Source of the DNA: an uncultured Bifidobacterium sp.
GTDB taxonomy: Bacteria; Fibrobacterota; Fibrobacteria; UBA11236
Reading direction: 5' to 3'
Assembly: GCA_964416695.1 (NCBI GenBank)
Contig: CAYQFG010000001.1
Span: 1-51,612, forward strand
DNA length: 51,612 nucleotides
Shown here: piece by piece, positions 20,296 to 31,906 of the stretch
How the letters are laid out: every line of letters begins with the position of its first letter
Numbering within the stretch: the stretch's first letter is position 1
Position numbers and translations under genes: made by a program
Notes under the pieces: model-generated
Databases searched by the model: none
What the model was told of the DNA's origin: nothing
What the model saw: the letters and a program-made list of their open reading frames with translations, nothing else

Positions 20296-20430
20296 GATTC
20301 AGTTCCTTGATCCTGGGTTCAATTCCGCGTGCCCACATGACATCGTTCGCCGGCGGTGCACGCACCGGTCGGATTTTCAGGCCGTGCGGCGCGCCTGTTC
20401 CGGCGTCTTCGCATCAGGCGTCGCGTGCGC

Positions 20431-22248
20431 TTACGCCTGCCCCTGTCTCTGCGTGCGCGAGGAGGCGCGGACCTTGGCATCAACCCGGGTTCGCGCCTCC
20501 TCGCGCACGGAAAGCAGTTCCTTCATCACATGATGCAGATCCGTGGCGCCCTGGCGCGTGCCGAAGGCATCGTGCAGGGTGGCATACAGAGCGTACAGCC
20601 GGCGGTAGACGGCATGGGCCGCGGCGTCCGGCTCGTACACCGTGTCGCTCAGGCCGCAGGCCGCCGCCTGCGCGGCCTCCACGCTGGCATGGCCCCCGCG
20701 CTGCGTGCCGGCCGCCACCGCTCCGAACAGCGCCGCGCCCAACGCGCAGGTTTGTGAACTGCGGGCGACCTTCATGGGACGGCCGGTAATGTCGGCATAC
20801 AGCTGCATCAGCAGCCCGTTTTTTTCGGCGAGGCCTCCGCAGTTGATGACTTCCCGCACGGCGACCCCGTATTCTTCGAGCCGCTCGATGATGCGCAAGG
20901 CTCCGAACGCGGTGGCTTCGATCAACGCGCGGTAAATTTCGTGCGGCTGGGTGTACAGGGTCTGGCCCATCAGCAGACCGCTCAGACGCTGGTCGACCAG
21001 AATGGTGCGGTTCCCGTTGTTCCAGTCGAGGGCGAGCAACCCGGTTTCACCGGGGGCGAGCCGGGCGGCTTCCCGCTCCAGCGTGGCGTAACGTTCGCCC
21101 GGGGTGGAGCCGTACCGTTCGGGCGCGAGGTTGTGGACGAACCAGAGGAAGATGTCTCCCACCGCGCTTTGCCCGGCTTCGATGCCGTAATGACCCCGGG
21201 TGACCGACCCTTCCACGATGCCGCAAACGCCCGGGATGTCCTCCAGGGCGCGGTCGACGGGGGACACCATGATGTCGCACGTGCTGGTTCCCAGGATTTT
21301 GACGAGCCGCCCTTCGCCCACACCCGCGCCGACCGCGCCCATGTGCGCGTCGAACGCGCCCACGGCGACGGTCGTATCCGGATTCAGTCCGGTTTTGCGC
21401 GCCCATTCGGCACTCAGGCCGCCGGCGCGCACGTCGGAGGTCCACGCGCGGTCATAGAGACGATCGCGCAGCTCCGCCAGCGCGGGGTCGAGACTGGCGA
21501 GGAACTCCTTGTCCGGCAATCCTCCCCACGTCTCGTTGAACATCGCCTTGTGCCCGGCCGCGCACACGCTGCGGAGGATCCGGTCGGGACGCGTGTTTCC
21601 GGTCAGCACGGCCGGAAGCCAGTCGCACAGTTCCACCCAGGAGTGCGCGGCCGCATACACCTCCGGCGCCGTATTCTTGCAGCGCCAGATCTTGGCCCAG
21701 AACCATTCGGAGGAATAAACGCCTCCGCATTTGGCGAGGTATTGGGGACGCATGGCGCGGGCCGCATCGGTGATGGCGGCGGCTTCGGCATGCGCCGTGT
21801 GGTCTTTCCATAACCACGTATGCGCCGCGAGATTGTCGACGAACCCGGGATGCAGCGCGAGGGGCGTGCCGTCGCGGTCCACCGGCAGGATGGTGCTGCC
21901 CGTGGTGTCGATGCCGATGCCGATGATCTGTCCGGGGGAGAAGCCGGGCACGCGGTCGCGCGCGCGCGCGATCGCTCCGGCAATGACGGCCTCAAGCCCG
22001 GCGAGGTAATCCGCGGGATGCTGGCGCGCGACGTGAGGATCGGCGGGATCGAGCAGGATCCCCAGGGTTCCGCCGGGGTAATCGAAGGTATGGGTCGCGA
22101 CTTCGCGTCCGTCCGCGAGGTCGATGATCAGGGCCCGACAGGAGTTGGTGCCGTAGTCGAGGCCGAGTGCGTAGTGGGGCACGAAATCCTCATCGGAGAA
22201 AGGCGCGCGGGGCAGCAGATCCTGGCGCGAAAGTGATTGTTGAAACAC
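20431..22248 (-). CDS. araB: Ribulokinase (FGGY family)
   Basis: Contains YALGLDYGTNSCRALI and FGGY C-terminal blocks. The ORF opens with GTG at 22248. An alternative GTG at 22182 is preceded by GAGGA and may be the true start. Confidence 0.88.
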   Translation of the reverse strand: MFQQSLSRQDLLPRAPFSDEDFVPHYALGLDYGTNSCRALIIDLADGREVATHTFDYPGGTLGILLDPADPHVARQHPADYLAGLEAVIAGAIARARDRVPGFSPGQIIGIGIDTTGSTILPVDRDGTPLALHPGFVDNLAAHTWLWKDHTAHAEAAAITDAARAMRPQYLAKCGGVYSSEWFWAKIWRCKNTAPEVYAAAHSWVELCDWLPAVLTGNTRPDRILRSVCAAGHKAMFNETWGGLPDKEFLASLDPALAELRDRLYDRAWTSDVRAGGLSAEWARKTGLNPDTTVAVGAFDAHMGAVGAGVGEGRLVKILGTSTCDIMVSPVDRALEDIPGVCGIVEGSVTRGHYGIEAGQSAVGDIFLWFVHNLAPERYGSTPGERYATLEREAARLAPGETGLLALDWNNGNRTILVDQRLSGLLMGQTLYTQPHEIYRALIEATAFGALRIIERLEEYGVAVREVINCGGLAEKNGLLMQLYADITGRPMKVARSSQTCALGAALFGAVAAGTQRGGHASVEAAQAAACGLSDTVYEPDAAAHAVYRRLYALYATLHDAFGTRQGATDLHHVMKELLSVREEARTRVDAKVRASSRTQRQGQA

Positions 22249-22285
22249 TCACCAATATAGCCAGCGGCCGTGGTTCGAACGTTTG

Positions 22286-22315
22286 ATTTTGAGCGGTCTC
22301 GACCGTCGATGTCAA
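22286..22315 (-). promoter_or_regulatory. Possible sigma70-type promoter for araBD
   Basis: The minus strand reads TTGACA-N18-CAAAAT, about 40 nt upstream of the 22248 start. This is a sequence match only. Confidence 0.25.
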
Positions 22316-22521
22316 AGTCTGTTCACCGCATTCAAGCGCCCTGGATCCCGAAGGCGCCAACGGCGGACGTCCCTCCGAGACAGGAGCGGAGAGGACAGGC
22401 GGGCCCCCTCTGGCTCTCCATCCACCCGGGGATGGTGTTCCGTGCGCTTTCCGTATCCTGGTTCTGCCCGCCTGTTGTCAGGGGTCTCGCGCCGGGATCG
22501 GGGTGACGCTCTTCCGGAGGT

Positions 22522-22923
22522 CTATGGGGTGCCGGATGCCGGTCGCGCGCGGCGCAGACGGGCTGCATCCCACCGGCGGGCCAGCCAGAATCCGAGCAGG
22601 AGCCCCGCGACATCGACGAGAAAATCCCCGAGGCTCATGTTGCGGTTGGGGACGAAGGATTGATGGAATTCGTCGAAGGCCGCATACGCGACGCCGACCA
22701 GGGGAGCGATCCACCCGCCGCGGGTCAACGGCTGGGGGATAGAGGGCGGCACGGGAGGGGTGCGGCGGAACAGGCCCGTCAGGCCGGCCCGGAAGGCGAT
22801 CAGCGCCCCGAGAAGTCCGTAGGTGATGAAATGCGCGACCTTGTCGCTGAAGGGAAACTGGGGGAGGGGCAGATCATCTCCCGGCACGCTCGAAAGGATG
22901 AAGATCAGGCCCATGTAGGTCAA
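22522..22923 (-). CDS. VanZ-like family membrane protein
   Basis: 133 aa. Contains DKVAHFITYGLLGAL and AFDEFHQSFVPNR..SLGDFLVD, typical of VanZ-like proteins. Confidence 0.75.
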   Translation of the reverse strand: MTYMGLIFILSSVPGDDLPLPQFPFSDKVAHFITYGLLGALIAFRAGLTGLFRRTPPVPPSIPQPLTRGGWIAPLVGVAYAAFDEFHQSFVPNRNMSLGDFLVDVAGLLLGFWLARRWDAARLRRARPASGTP

Positions 22924-23036
22924 CGCGGCCGTCCACCCGATACGGGCCCACAGGCGCCTCCCGCGTGGTCGCGCAGGCGCAGGGGGGACGGCATCTCCGG
23001 AGGAGGCGCCATCCGGGCCGGGAGAAGAGCCGGAGG

Positions 23037-25745
<2,709 letters not shown>

Positions 25746-25819
25746 GAGAGTGCTCCTGGGCGATTCAAAACAGGCCGAACCGGATGTCCGGACTCAGCGG
25801 AAAAATTTGGGGGGCGCGA

Positions 25820-26602
25820 TCACCGTGCCTCCGGGACTTCGTTCAACCGGTGCTCGCGGCGCCGCAGCGCGGCGAGGGCGGCGTCGTCACCCTGCGACAC
25901 GCGCAGGGGAGTGACGGCGATGAAATTGTGGCGGAGCGCGTCGTCGTCGCTGCCGGCCACGAACCGCTCCGTCGGCTTGCGGCCCCGCAGCTGGTAACCG
26001 GGAATCGCGTGCGGGGTCGACACCTCTTCGTAGTAGTCGCTGAACATCGCCGTGCTCATGCTGGTGAAGCGGGCACCTGCCACCGCGGACGGCGGGCAGC
26101 CCGGGAAGTTGATGTTCCACAGCGTACCGGGTTCCGGCAGGATGTCCGGCTTGCGCAGCAGGTCCAGCACCCAGTCGAGCGCATGCGCGAGGTGCTCGGG
26201 GCCGTATTCGGTCAGACTGATGGCCAGCCCGGGGATGTTCCACAGCGCCCCTTCGCGCGCGGCGGCCACGGTTCCGGAATAAATGGCGCTGATGCCGGCG
26301 TTTTCCCCCAGGTTGGGTCCGGAAATGACCACGTCGGGAGGTGTCTCGCGCAACAGATGGACAATCGCGAACTTGACGCAATCGCTGGGAGTCCCGTCGA
26401 TGCGGTGAACCGGCCAAGGGCGCGACGTATCGCTGTGTGCCGTCAGCAAGCGTCCCACCCCGTGGGTGAAGGAATGGGAGGTTCCGCTTTGATCCAGCGC
26501 AGGCGCTGCCACGATGACTTCGTGCTCCCGCGCCAGCGCTTCGGCAGTACCGTGCAGCACCGGGCTGAGCACGCCGTCGTCGTTGGTTAAAAGGATGCGC
26601 AT
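25820..26602 (-). CDS. surE: 5'/3'-nucleotidase SurE
   Basis: Preferred ATG at 26602 gives MRILLTNDDG. GPNLGEN-type block present. Confidence 0.88.
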   Translation of the reverse strand: MRILLTNDDGVLSPVLHGTAEALAREHEVIVAAPALDQSGTSHSFTHGVGRLLTAHSDTSRPWPVHRIDGTPSDCVKFAIVHLLRETPPDVVISGPNLGENAGISAIYSGTVAAAREGALWNIPGLAISLTEYGPEHLAHALDWVLDLLRKPDILPEPGTLWNINFPGCPPSAVAGARFTSMSTAMFSDYYEEVSTPHAIPGYQLRGRKPTERFVAGSDDDALRHNFIAVTPLRVSQGDDAALAALRRREHRLNEVPEAR

Positions 26603-26984
26603 GCGGTGGATTTTGGGATGTTCCGGGACAAGGGTGCAGGGGCGGGCCAAGGGCGTCGCGGCCGGTTCGTGAGGGCTTTTGACGGGCCTTCCAGTGAGGG
26701 TTAAAGGTAGCTTCGACGCCTGTTTTTCGCAATGAACACCTGAACTTGAGTGGATTTGCTCATGAAGTTTTCGCGGCCAGTCGGGGCCTCAATTTCTAGA
26801 TTCCACGTCTCGCATTTCATTCCTCTCCCCATGGCCTCCCGGGGCTCTCCGCGAAGGCTTGCCGGGATGCTTCGGACAGGCCCCGGGCTTCCCGGGAGCA
26901 TCCTGCGTGCACCTCCCCACGGGGATCCGTGCGGGTCCGCATGGCGGAACATCAGGGGCAGTCCGGTATCAGCAAAGGGTTTTC

Positions 26985-28319
26985 ATGTCGTCAGAGCAAA
27001 ACAGGCAGGCGAACAGGCACGCCTCATCCCCGGGTCAGGGGAGCATTCAGACTCCCAAAGGAACGCGGGATTTTTTTCCTGCGGACATGCGCCTGCAGAA
27101 CCATCTTTTCGACGGCTGGCGCTCCGTGTGCCGCGCGTTCGGATACGAAGAGTACGAGGGGCCCACCTTCGAACATCTCGAACTGTACGTGGGCAAATCC
27201 GGCCCCGAAATCGTCGAACAGTTGTACCACTTTCGTGACAAGGGAGACCGTGCCCTCGCCCTGCGGCCGGAGCTGACCCCGACGCTGGCGCGCATGGTCA
27301 ACGCAAAAGGAGCCTCGCTCCGGAAGCCTCTCAAATGGTTTTCCATCCCCCGCCTTTTTCGCTACGAGCGCGCCCAGCGCGGACGCCTGAGGGAATTCTT
27401 CCAGCTCAACATGGACATCGTCGGCTGTGACACCGTCGCGGCCGAAGCGGACCTGATTGCGGCGGTGGTCGAAATGCTGCGCGGCTTCGGGCTCGGCGCC
27501 GCCGATTTCGCCGTACGCGTCTCCAGCCGCGCCCTGTTGTCCGCGTTCCTCGACCGCCATGGCGTTGCAGGGGACAGCAAGGCGGGCGTCTACACAGCCC
27601 TGGACAAGCGCGCCAAGATCGGCGAAGAGGCGTTCCGGACGCTGCTCGCAGAGCAGGGGGCGGCAGGCGTGGCCGGCGACCTCGAACGCTACTTCCAGTG
27701 CCGTTCGCTGGAGGATCTCGCCCAGGTCTTCCCGTCGCCGACTCCGGGTGAAGACGCCGCGTTGGGGGACTTGCGTTCCTTGTTCCAACTCCTTGAAGCG
27801 CAAGGGCTTGCGGATTTCATTGTCGTCGACACCTCCGTGGTGCGCGGCCTGGCGTACTACACCGGCATCGTCTTCGAAGTCTTCGACAAGGGTGTGGGGT
27901 TGAGGGCGCTCGCCGGCGGCGGCCGCTACGACAACCTCATGGCCAGCCTCGGCGGAGCGCCGGTTCCGGCGGTCGGTTTCGGCATGGGAGACGTGGTGCT
28001 CGCGGAGCTCCTGAAGGAGCGGGGCTTGCTGCCTCAGGGCCGGTCGGGTGTCGACTATTACCTCGCCGACCTGGCCGCAGCGCCGGGCGGACTTCCCCGC
28101 GTCGAGCTGTTGCGCCTGGCGCATGGCTTGCGTGAGCGGGGCCTGACGGTTGCCTATGCCCTCAAGGGGGGCAAGTTCAAGAAGCAAATGGAAGAGGCCA
28201 ACGAGGCCGGCGCCAAGCGAGTCCTGTTCTTCGGGTCAGATCGTGCGCCGTCCGGAAGCCATGAGGTCAAGGATCTCGCGACAGGCGAGCAGAACATCCT
28301 GAAGGAGGACGCGTTATGA
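26985..28319 (+). CDS. hisS: Histidine--tRNA ligase
   Basis: Preferred ATG at 26985. Contains PKGTRDFFP, motif 2 FRYERAQRGRLREFFQ, and AGGGRYD. Confidence 0.93.
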   Translation: MSSEQNRQANRHASSPGQGSIQTPKGTRDFFPADMRLQNHLFDGWRSVCRAFGYEEYEGPTFEHLELYVGKSGPEIVEQLYHFRDKGDRALALRPELTPTLARMVNAKGASLRKPLKWFSIPRLFRYERAQRGRLREFFQLNMDIVGCDTVAAEADLIAAVVEMLRGFGLGAADFAVRVSSRALLSAFLDRHGVAGDSKAGVYTALDKRAKIGEEAFRTLLAEQGAAGVAGDLERYFQCRSLEDLAQVFPSPTPGEDAALGDLRSLFQLLEAQGLADFIVVDTSVVRGLAYYTGIVFEVFDKGVGLRALAGGGRYDNLMASLGGAPVPAVGFGMGDVVLAELLKERGLLPQGRSGVDYYLADLAAAPGGLPRVELLRLAHGLRERGLTVAYALKGGKFKKQMEEANEAGAKRVLFFGSDRAPSGSHEVKDLATGEQNILKEDAL

Positions 28320-28744
28320 GTGGCAACACCACGGACATCAAGGGACAGGGAACCTCCGCAGGTTATGAGGATCGCCAGAATCACATCCCGGGCATGGACA
28401 TGCCCGCAATCGAAACCTGGGAGTTCATGTATCCGGGGAGTTCCACCACGCTGGAGGTCAGCGTTCCGGAGTTCACCTGCATCTGCCCCAAAACCGGCCT
28501 GCCTGACTTCGCCACGGTCGTGATCACCTATGTTCCCGAAAAACTTTGCCTTGAGTTGAAAAGCTTCAAGGAATACATCAATTCGTTCCGTGACCTCGGC
28601 ATTTTCCACGAGCACGTGGTGAACCGGATTCTCGCGGATTGCGTGAAGGCGTGCAAGCCCCGGTCCATGGAAGTGCGCGGTGTGTTCAATGCGCGCGGCG
28701 GCATTCAGACGACGGCAGCCGCCAGCTATCAGGCCGTTGTGTGA
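28316..28744 (+). CDS. queF: NADPH-dependent 7-cyano-7-deazaguanine reductase (type I)
   Basis: Catalytic Cys block CICPKTGLPDF and QueF motif ELKSFKEY. Overlaps the hisS stop by 4 bp (ATGA). Confidence 0.9.
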   Translation: MSGNTTDIKGQGTSAGYEDRQNHIPGMDMPAIETWEFMYPGSSTTLEVSVPEFTCICPKTGLPDFATVVITYVPEKLCLELKSFKEYINSFRDLGIFHEHVVNRILADCVKACKPRSMEVRGVFNARGGIQTTAAASYQAVV

Positions 28745-28845
28745 CGTGGTTGCCCCCTGGGGGCTCTGTCCGCCGGTTCGGCCGTTTTTTACCTTTGGAA
28801 GCCTGGTTTCAAGACATTCCCGGTATTTACCCTTAAAGGAACCCC

Positions 28846-29922
28846 ATGAAAAAGGTGTATAACTTCAGCGCAGGCCCCGCCATTCTCCCCCGTGAAGCCA
28901 TGGAAGCCGGCTCTCGTGCCTGCCTCGAATTTCAGGGGATGGGGTTGTCGCTGCTGGAAATCTCGCACCGTTCGAAGGAGTACGAACAGGTCGTCGCCGA
29001 TGCCTGTGCGATCGTCCGGGAATTGCTCCAGGTTCCCGATGGCTACAAGGTGATGTTCCTGCAGGGAGGAGCGAGCCTGCAGTTTGCCATGGCTCCCATG
29101 AACCTGCTGGGCGACACGGAAACCGCGGCCTACGTCAATACGGGTGTCTGGGCCGACAAGGCCATCAAGGAAGCGAAGCTTTTCGGCAACGTGAATGTCG
29201 TGGCTTCCAGCAAGGACGCGAACTATACCTTCATCCCGAAGGACTACACCATTCCGTCCGATGCGCAGTACCTGCACCTCACCTCCAACAACACCATTTA
29301 CGGGACGCAGTTGCAGGACTTCCCCGCATCGCCGGTTCCGCTCGTGTGCGACATGAGCAGCGACATCTTCAGCCGCCCGGTCGACGTCTCGAAGTTCGGA
29401 ATGATCTATGCCGGCGCGCAGAAGAACATGGGCATCGCGGGGACCACGCTGGTGATCATCCGTGAGGACTGGATCGGTCTGGGCAAGCGCAAGCTGCCCT
29501 CGATGCTCGATTACAAGTCGCATGCCGACAACGACTCGATGTACAACACGCCGCCGGCGTTTGCGATCTACATGGCCCTGGAAACACTCAAGTGGGTGAA
29601 AGCCCAGGGAGGCGTCGAGGCCATGAGGGTGCGCAACGAGGAAAAGGCTGCCGCCCTGTACGCGGAGATCGACGCGAATCCGCTGTTCAAGGGCACTTGC
29701 GCCGTCGAGGACCGTTCGCGGATGAACATCACCTTCGTCATGGAAAAACCCGAACTGGAAAAGAACTTCCTGAAGGAAGCGGAAGCGGCCGGCCTTTCGG
29801 GCCTCAAGGGGCATCGCTCGGTGGGGGGATTCCGGGCCAGCGTTTACAACGCCATGGGACTGGACGGGATCCAGGCCCTGGTCGCCTTGATGCGCGACTT
29901 CGCCTCCCGTCATCAAGGCTGA
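28846..29922 (+). CDS. serC: Phosphoserine aminotransferase
   Basis: Starts [15 protein letters not shown]. Contains MIYAGAQKN (PLP lysine region) and [15 protein letters not shown]. Confidence 0.93.
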   Translation: MKKVYNFSAGPAILPREAMEAGSRACLEFQGMGLSLLEISHRSKEYEQVVADACAIVRELLQVPDGYKVMFLQGGASLQFAMAPMNLLGDTETAAYVNTGVWADKAIKEAKLFGNVNVVASSKDANYTFIPKDYTIPSDAQYLHLTSNNTIYGTQLQDFPASPVPLVCDMSSDIFSRPVDVSKFGMIYAGAQKNMGIAGTTLVIIREDWIGLGKRKLPSMLDYKSHADNDSMYNTPPAFAIYMALETLKWVKAQGGVEAMRVRNEEKAAALYAEIDANPLFKGTCAVEDRSRMNITFVMEKPELEKNFLKEAEAAGLSGLKGHRSVGGFRASVYNAMGLDGIQALVALMRDFASRHQG

Positions 29923-29944
29923 GATGTTCTCCCTGTGAGTCAAA

Positions 29945-30009
29945 ACGGCCGGGGCCACCCGGCCGTTTTTTGTTTCGCCACGGCCGGGGCCACCCGGCCG
30001 TTTTTTTTT
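29945..30009 (+). terminator. Duplicated intrinsic terminator after serC (two identical hairpins, 35-bp period)
   Basis: ACGGCCGG-GGCCAC-CCGGCCGT plus a T-run occurs at 29945-29971 and at 29980-30009. A third partial copy (gtttcgccacggccggg) ends near 30028. Confidence 0.85.
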
Positions 30010-30274
30010 GTTTCGCCACGGCCGGGTGAGCGAGCGAAACAGGGGATTTTCAGGGATTTGATATAAATGCCGATTAAATCCTAAAGTTCGGATGATATAA
30101 ATTGAATTCTTCCTGTTTTAGCCACTTTTGTTTTCGTATTTCCCGGGTTATACCGAAAAAGGTACCAAAGAACGCCGAATAACTACCAACAATTGGAGGG
30201 TGGGGGCGTTCTATTACAACCAGTCACGAGACGGGGAGGCACTCGCCGAAACGTCCACCATCCGGGGAAATGCC

Positions 30275-31735
30275 ATGGCTGTCACGCGTGCCCAAGAATT
30301 CCAGCAGTGGATCCTGGCGGAAATCGCCGGTCTTCCGCCCGACAGCTGTCTTCCCCCCGACCGGGAACTGAGTGCGCAGTGGAAACTGTCGACCATTACC
30401 ATCCAGCGTGTGTTGGCGAAGCTGCGCGACGAAGGCAAGGTGATCCGGATCCCCGGCAAGGGGACGTTCACCCCCAACCATGATCGCGTCGAAAGCGCGC
30501 CGCTCAAGGTCAAGGCCGGCACGATGCGCGAAACCTCCGTCGAACACCTCGTCACCAGTCTGGTCCGCCTGATCTCGGAAGGGGTCTATCGCAAGGGCAA
30601 GGCCCTGCCGCCCGTCAAGTTCGTCCGCAACCAGTTCAAGGTCTCGTCCGAAACCGTGACGACCGCCTACCAGCAGTTGGAGCAACTGGGGTATGTCGAA
30701 AAAATCGGTAAAAGCTACTGGGTCGGCCGACTCGACCAGTTGATGACGCAGCATCCCTTGCAGGAAGTCTTTTTCCTGCGTTTCGGGAACGATGATTTTC
30801 AGGGAATTTTCAATTCCGATCCCATCGCGCTCGCCTTCCAGAAGATGGAGCGCGAGCTTTACAACGCGGGCTACTTCCTGCACCCGGAGAAGGCCGAGAA
30901 CCTGCCGGCGCGTGCCCGCGAGTGGGCCGCCTCGGGACGCTACCCCGCCGGGCTGGTTTTTTATGCGGTGGACCCGTCCCACCTGCCGTTCCTCCGGGAA
31001 TTTCTGGACAAACACGGGGCGGCCATGAAAAACCGGGTCCGCATCCTCGTGCATGGAAGTCATGGCGACCTTTCCAGCCTGACTCCCTACGCACAGGTGT
31101 TCCTCCGCGGCAACGTCGATACCGAAAAGGCGCGCGTTCTCGCCTATTACCTCCTCAATGCCGGGTATCGCGAGGCGAATTTCTGCATCGACGAAGAAGA
31201 CATCACCGGATTCATCGACATGCGCTTCTTTCTCAAGATCGCCCTGTCGGTCAAGAACATCGTCCCCGACTTCGTGTTCCGCTTCATCATTCGTCCGTCG
31301 CCGGGTTCCGTGCGGCGCTTGTCCTTCGTCGACAATCTGGATGACGGCTATCGCGCCTATCTCAAGACGAAATACCCGAACGCCAAACTGGACAATCTGG
31401 AAAAGCAGGTTCACTACGCGCCCGACGTCTTTTCACTGTGCGCCTCGCACATGAAGACGCGCATCTGGATCTTCTTCCGCGACCAGATGGCGGCCGAAGC
31501 CATGAGCTGGCTGCGTGCCCGCGGGAAGGCGGTTCCGCAGGATGTGGCGATTGCGGGGTTTCAAAACGATCCCCGCTATTACCATCTCGGCATCAGTACC
31601 TGCGGCCCGGACTGGGACAACATGGGCTACATCATGGCGCATGCCCTGATCGGCGACATCAAGCTGGCCAAATCACGGCGGGGATTCGTAAAGGTCAGAT
31701 GCCATATGGTGGAGAAGCTGACGACGCCGCGGTAG
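30275..31735 (+). CDS. AraR-subfamily-like transcriptional regulator with two tandem GntR-type winged-helix domains and a LacI/PBP1-type sugar-binding domain
   Basis: Preferred ATG at 30275 (MAVTRAQEF...). wHTH 1 is LPPDRELSAQWKLSTITIQRVLAKLRDEGKVIRIPGKGTFT. wHTH 2 is LPPVKFVRNQFKVSSETVTTAYQQLEQLGYVEKIGKSYWVG. The C-terminal block VPQDVAIAGFQNDP is typical of LacI/GalR-type effector domains. Confidence 0.75.
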   Translation: MAVTRAQEFQQWILAEIAGLPPDSCLPPDRELSAQWKLSTITIQRVLAKLRDEGKVIRIPGKGTFTPNHDRVESAPLKVKAGTMRETSVEHLVTSLVRLISEGVYRKGKALPPVKFVRNQFKVSSETVTTAYQQLEQLGYVEKIGKSYWVGRLDQLMTQHPLQEVFFLRFGNDDFQGIFNSDPIALAFQKMERELYNAGYFLHPEKAENLPARAREWAASGRYPAGLVFYAVDPSHLPFLREFLDKHGAAMKNRVRILVHGSHGDLSSLTPYAQVFLRGNVDTEKARVLAYYLLNAGYREANFCIDEEDITGFIDMRFFLKIALSVKNIVPDFVFRFIIRPSPGSVRRLSFVDNLDDGYRAYLKTKYPNAKLDNLEKQVHYAPDVFSLCASHMKTRIWIFFRDQMAAEAMSWLRARGKAVPQDVAIAGFQNDPRYYHLGISTCGPDWDNMGYIMAHALIGDIKLAKSRRGFVKVRCHMVEKLTTPR

Positions 31736-31736
31736 A

Positions 31737-31905
31737 AATGCAATGAGCAATGCTCAATGTTCAATGTACAGTGAGTGCAGCTCGATGCTCAGGTGGCGGC
31801 GAGCGGCTTGTTCCGTCCCCGATCCCGTTATTTGATCTGTACTATTTTCGAATGCTCATTGCTGCATTCTTTATTGAGCATTGCTCATTGAACATTGAGC
31901 ATTCC
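31737..31905. repeat. AT-rich palindromic element between convergent genes
   Basis: An 18-bp perfect inverted repeat: aatgctcaatgttcaatg at 31749-31766 and cattgaacattgagcatt at 31886-31903. Near-palindromes TGAGCAWTGCTCA sit at 31745 and 31874. An extra hairpin gaatgc-N8-gcattc is at 31850-31869. Confidence 0.85.
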
Positions 31906-31906
31906 C

